DNA of 64,000 nucleotides from an uncultured Muribaculaceae bacterium (GTDB lineage Bacteria; Bacillota_I; Bacilli_A; RF39; UBA660): NCBI GenBank assembly GCA_964458035.1, contig CAYWFZ010000004.1, positions 361 to 64,360 of the forward strand, read 5' to 3'. Shown piece by piece: positions 60,380 to 64,000 of this stretch (position 1 is its first letter; each line of letters starts with the position of its first letter). The notes under the pieces were generated by a model. It saw only the letters and a program-made list of their open reading frames with translations, ran no database searches and was not told where the DNA came from. The position numbers and the translations under genes were made by a program.

Positions 60380-60433
60380 AATATCACCATCTAAATTATA
60401 TCACACAATAATAAAAACGGATATGTATCCGTT

Positions 60434-60592
60434 TTATTCTGTTGGTTCTGTTTCTTGAACTTCATCATTGCATTCGCAATCAACACACTCGCACTCTTCT
60501 GTGTTACAACTTCCATCACAAGTGCATTCTTCCCCATCTTGGCAGCCGCATTCACAAGTTTCAGAACAATTGCATTTCTTTTCTTCGTCCAT
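60434..60592 (-). CDS. Unannotated 52-aa cysteine-rich acidic protein (metallothionein-like)
   Basis: Hand translation gives MDEEKKCNCSETCECGCQDGEECTCDGSCNTEECECVDCECNDEVQETEPTE. GGAGG lies 6 nt upstream of the ATG (60590-60592). Promoter TTTACA-17-TATACT (60651-60656 and 60628-60633). Terminator AACGGATA/TATCCGTT plus T-run immediately after TAA. Confidence 0.7.
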   Translation of the reverse strand: MDEEKKCNCSETCECGCQDGEECTCDGSCNTEECECVDCECNDEVQETEPTE

Positions 60593-60700
60593 TATTATCC
60601 TCCTTTCATTATTACAAACACAAGTTAAGTATAAAACTTAAGTTATTGCTTGTAAACGAATGTGCAATTATTCGACAAAAAACTAATGATAATCATTAGT

Positions 60701-61480
60701 TTAAACACCAACTGAAGATGTTTCAGGAAGAGTACTTCCACCATCAATTACAATTCCTTGACCAGTAATATAACTTGATTCATTAGATGCTAAAAATGCT
60801 GCTAACTCACCTAACTCTTCAATAGTTCCTAATCTTCCCATTGGAATACCTGCTGCTATTCCTTTAATTACAGAATCGGGATTATTTGCATCAGTTTCAA
60901 TTGCAATGCCATCTACCATTGGTGTTTTTATGTATCCAGGAAGAATAGCATTAACTCTAATTCCATCTCCAACTAATTCAGCTGCAAGTGACTTAGTAAA
61001 CCCAAGTAAAGCAGCTTTAGTAGTTGCATAGGCTACTTCTCCAGGATCAGCTACCATTGGCCCAGTTACACTCGATAAATTAACAATTGAAGCACTTCTA
61101 TTTTTCATATAAGGAACACATGCTTTAGAAACATTCCAAGTACCTTTAATATTAATATCAAAATGAAAGTCTCTTACTTCATCACTCATATCCTCAAATG
61201 TTGCAAGTCTTGCAACACCAGCATTATTTACTAAAACATCAATTGCCCCAAATCTTTTAATAACATCACTTATTGCGTTATTAATAGCATCCTTATCTCT
61301 TATATCGCATTTGTAACCTACAACCTTATCAGTATTTAAAGTGCTACTTAAACTACTAACTGAATCATCATAGTCTAGCACACATACAGTTGCACCATAC
61401 TTTAAAAAAACTTTTACAACTCCAAGACCATTTCCCATGGCTCCACCAGTTACTACACATATCTTATTTTCTAATTTCAT
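60701..61480 (-). CDS. ucpA: SDR-family oxidoreductase, UcpA-like
   Basis: 259 aa with TGGAMGNGLG, a YxxxK site (YATTKAA) and a C-terminal ...VIDGGSTLPETSSVGV that closely resembles my recollection of E. coli UcpA. Extended -10 TGCTATAAT upstream. Confidence 0.75.
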   Translation of the reverse strand: MKLENKICVVTGGAMGNGLGVVKVFLKYGATVCVLDYDDSVSSLSSTLNTDKVVGYKCDIRDKDAINNAISDVIKRFGAIDVLVNNAGVARLATFEDMSDEVRDFHFDINIKGTWNVSKACVPYMKNRSASIVNLSSVTGPMVADPGEVAYATTKAALLGFTKSLAAELVGDGIRVNAILPGYIKTPMVDGIAIETDANNPDSVIKGIAAGIPMGRLGTIEELGELAAFLASNESSYITGQGIVIDGGSTLPETSSVGV

Positions 61481-61570
61481 CTTTCAACTCTCCTTATCTG
61501 AAATTAATATTACTTTCCCACTTTAATTATAGCATGCAAGAACTTATTAAATATGAAAAAAACTCGTACT

Positions 61571-62068
61571 TTACGAGTTCTTTAATTTACTTGTATCAAT
61601 ACCTTCCAATTCCAATAATGATATCTTTTTATCAACGCCTAAACTATAGCCACCTAACTTTTCATTTGAACCAATTACACGATGACAAGGAATTATTATA
61701 GCAATTTTATTTTTGCCTACTGCCGTTCCAACAGCTTGACAAGACATATTATTTTTTCCCATTAAAGATGCTACCCTTTTTGCTATACTTTTATAACTTA
61801 CAACCTCACCATATGGTATATCCATTAAAACACTCCATACAACTTTTTGAAAATCCGTTCCTTCAATAAATAAAGGTATTTCATCTATATTAACAACTTC
61901 ACCATTAAAGTATTTATTTAACCAATTTTTAACTTTTATTACATAAGGTAAATTTGCTAAAGGATCATTATCGGAGCATACATTAGTTATTGTTAATCCA
62001 CATAGTTTTTCATCTTTAAATGATAAAGCTAAATTACCAATTGGAGAACTATAATAAGAAACTATCAT
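61571..62068 (-). CDS. ogt: Methylated-DNA--protein-cysteine methyltransferase
   Basis: 165 aa with the active site IPCHRV. Hairpin terminator AACTCGTA/TACGAGTT plus T7 downstream. Confidence 0.92.
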   Translation of the reverse strand: MIVSYYSSPIGNLALSFKDEKLCGLTITNVCSDNDPLANLPYVIKVKNWLNKYFNGEVVNIDEIPLFIEGTDFQKVVWSVLMDIPYGEVVSYKSIAKRVASLMGKNNMSCQAVGTAVGKNKIAIIIPCHRVIGSNEKLGGYSLGVDKKISLLELEGIDTSKLKNS

Positions 62069-62123
62069 AACTATTTACTAAAAAAATTCCTCTTGCACTA
62101 CCTGTAATAACTACTGTCTTCAT
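62049..62123 (-). pseudogene. Remnant of an SDR-family gene (first ~13 codons only)
   Basis: ATG at 62123 after AGGT encodes MKTVVITGSARGI (classical SDR TGxxxGxG start), then degenerates and stops after 24 codons, overlapping the ogt start. Confidence 0.4.
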
Positions 62124-62130
62124 AATATAC

Positions 62131-62874
62131 CTACTTAATTTTAAATTCTGCTGTTATAAAGTGTTCTGTACCTTCTCCCTTAATTGAAGTTTTCTTAACA
62201 ACTCTATATCTTCCTGATTTTAATCTTCCATAATATGAAAGCCAATTAATATCTAGTTCTAGTGTATGATTATCACCTGGATATAATCCAATTTGATTAA
62301 ATGACATATCAATTTTAGAAGTTAATGGAACCCATTTATCATCTTTATATTCATCAACTCGATAATATGTTCCATAGATATTTTCTCTATCGCTTGTATC
62401 AGTTATTACAACTGTTAAACCTTTATTAGAAAGAGTACCATCTTTTACTTTCATAGACACTCCTTCTAAATCATCTATTTTTAAACTACACATATTCGAT
62501 AAATTATCTCTATTCTTAGCAATAAATATATCTTTTATTCCATCTAAGCTATTACAACTTAACACATAATAACTACTTATTCCAGAAAACTTTAAAGAAT
62601 CATCATATTTATATAATTTAGAACCACCATCTTTTAGTTCATCAACATAATTAAGTTTACTTATAAAATCATCTATATTTACTTTTTCGTCACTCAATAA
62701 CTTAGATAAATACTCATTATTATATCTTACATCAAATGTTGAATGTACTACTCTTCCATCCGTTAAAGTAACCCCTTGATTATACTCTTCATTCTTTGGT
62801 ACTTCATCTTTTACTATTGCACACCCAGTAAATAAAACTCCAATACTTGCTAATAACAAAATTTTCTTATTCAT
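62131..62874 (-). CDS. Lipoprotein with C-terminal Ig-like beta domain
   Basis: 247 aa, lipobox LFTGCA. The C-terminal pattern YYRVDEYKDDKWVPL...LELDINWLSYYGRLKSGRYRVVK is typical of a bacterial Ig-like domain. Confidence 0.65.
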   Translation of the reverse strand: MNKKILLLASIGVLFTGCAIVKDEVPKNEEYNQGVTLTDGRVVHSTFDVRYNNEYLSKLLSDEKVNIDDFISKLNYVDELKDGGSKLYKYDDSLKFSGISSYYVLSCNSLDGIKDIFIAKNRDNLSNMCSLKIDDLEGVSMKVKDGTLSNKGLTVVITDTSDRENIYGTYYRVDEYKDDKWVPLTSKIDMSFNQIGLYPGDNHTLELDINWLSYYGRLKSGRYRVVKKTSIKGEGTEHFITAEFKIK

Positions 62875-62928
62875 AAATTCACCTATCCATCATAATGTAC
62901 TCTTATTATAGCATAATCGAGTAACATA

Positions 62929-64000
62929 TTAAACACATGGATGTGGACAATCTGTGCATTTATTTAATGCACTTTTTCTTAAAACCTTAATCCCATTTTC
63001 TCCATTTAAGAATACTGGTCTATCAATTTTACTACTATCAATATCTTTTACTTTTTCATTTTGATAAGTCATTAACAAATGATTTCTAATAATATCAAAA
63101 CCTTGTTCTGTCATTACATAAACTGGTATTTTTACACCAACTTGTGCAATTGAATTTGGTTCAATTTCTTCAACAACATATTTAGATGCACAAGACCATA
63201 TAACATCAGCATAATCTCTCATCATTATAGCTGTTTCATAATCTATTCCAGTTGAACACAAACCAAATTTGTATATTTTAACACCATATGCTTTTTCTAA
63301 AGAAGCAAGCTCTTTATGTAAATAATTATCAAAACTTGCAACAGATACTGCAATATTTTTATAACCAAGACTTATAGCTTTTTTTACACCTTCAAGTTGA
63401 TCAATAATTCCCGTATGAGGAAAAACTGGAATAATTCCCTCATTTTTTGCTGTACTAACTATAGATTCATTAGGACTAGTATGAAATAACCCTGTCATTC
63501 TCTTTACCGCACCTTGTGTATTAAATTCATTAGTAGTAATTATTGTTCCTAAATTATTTGACACTATTACAGATGCATCAATTAGACCACTTCTAAATGC
63601 TGAAGACATGGTCTCACTTGCACCAAAAGATACGTTTGCTTCACAAGAATTTAATGGCCGGTTAGTATCAAAGTATCCACCTTTAATAACAACTTCATTA
63701 ATTAATTCACACATTGCACTTCTTTGAACTGATGTGTCTTTATTATCTAAACTATCTATTAGCTTAAGTGCATAATCCCCACCAACTTCCTTAAGTAACT
63801 TTATCATAAGTGGACAATATTTAATTGGTATTGGCGTTGCATATACAGCACGTAAACTACCATTAACATTTACAAGCAATATATAACTTCCAAACATACG
63901 CGTAACATGTATTCCTAAATTATCATAGTAATCTCTTATCGCATTTAATATTTTTTCTCCAACATTCTTTACTCTTTCATCAAGTTTTCTATTAAGTAAA
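62929..64000 (-). CDS. Hypothetical protein with C-terminal Cys cluster (CTDCPHPC); 5' end lies beyond the window
   Basis: The frame is open upstream of the track's Met all the way to base 64000 (...LLNRKLDERVKNVGEKILNAIRDYYDNLGIHVTRMFGS...), so the gene is 5'-partial. Confidence 0.7.
   Translation of the reverse strand, partial: LLNRKLDERVKNVGEKILNAIRDYYDNLGIHVTRMFGSYILLVNVNGSLRAVYATPIPIKYCPLMIKLLKEVGGDYALKLIDSLDNKDTSVQRSAMCELINEVVIKGGYFDTNRPLNSCEANVSFGASETMSSAFRSGLIDASVIVSNNLGTIITTNEFNTQGAVKRMTGLFHTSPNESIVSTAKNEGIIPVFPHTGIIDQLEGVKKAISLGYKNIAVSVASFDNYLHKELASLEKAYGVKIYKFGLCSTGIDYETAIMMRDYADVIWSCASKYVVEEIEPNSIAQVGVKIPVYVMTEQGFDIIRNHLLMTYQNEKVKDIDSSKIDRPVFLNGENGIKVLRKSALNKCTDCPHPCV

Noticed and set aside
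60442-60699. 85-aa plus-strand ORF from the track
   Set aside because: It is antisense to the 52-aa Cys-rich ORF. It has no RBS, and its His/Leu/Cys-rich composition mirrors the GAA/TGC codons of the opposite strand. The minus-strand ORF has a promoter, GGAGG and a terminator.

Overview
Low-GC, Firmicutes-type chromosomal window. About 60 genes lie on the minus strand and only three credible genes on the plus strand (gerQ-like, lemA, an XRE regulator). The conserved backbone matches the origin-proximal block known from Bacillus: truA, ligA, pcrA, pheST with a Phe T-box leader, ung, rlmH, yycJ/walJ, dnaB, rplI, rpsR-ssb-rpsF, ychF, htrA, prfB, plsC, cls and ogt. prfB carries the classical UGA-dependent +1 programmed frameshift, so UGA is a stop codon here (code 11). 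This holds despite Mollicutes/Erysipelotrichia-flavoured surface proteins (DUF285/BspA-type LRR) and a GerQ-like spore-coat gene. I found no rRNA, tRNA, CRISPR array, transposase or integrase. Accessory and uncharacterised genes sit at the junctions between conserved blocks. The items most worth follow-up: (1) two tandem BspA/DUF285 LRR surface-protein genes with a duplicated 5' region, one of them split exactly at an A7 tract (candidate phase switch); they share a ~150-aa N-terminal module with a glycine-rich (ALK-GlyR-like) secreted protein in a separate islet beside an XRE regulator. (2) An unannotated 52-aa, 12-cysteine metallothionein-like ORF with its own promoter, RBS and terminator. 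(3) A two-gene operon encoding a membrane-anchored protein and an InhA/M6-like protease that ends in a textbook dockerin. (4) A catalytically degenerate ABC-ATPase pair at the ecfA-ecfA'-(ecfT)-truA position with no ecfT. (5) Two paralogous Pol-beta-type nucleotidyltransferases translationally coupled to ligA. All functional calls rest on motifs I read in the translations. No database search was run.
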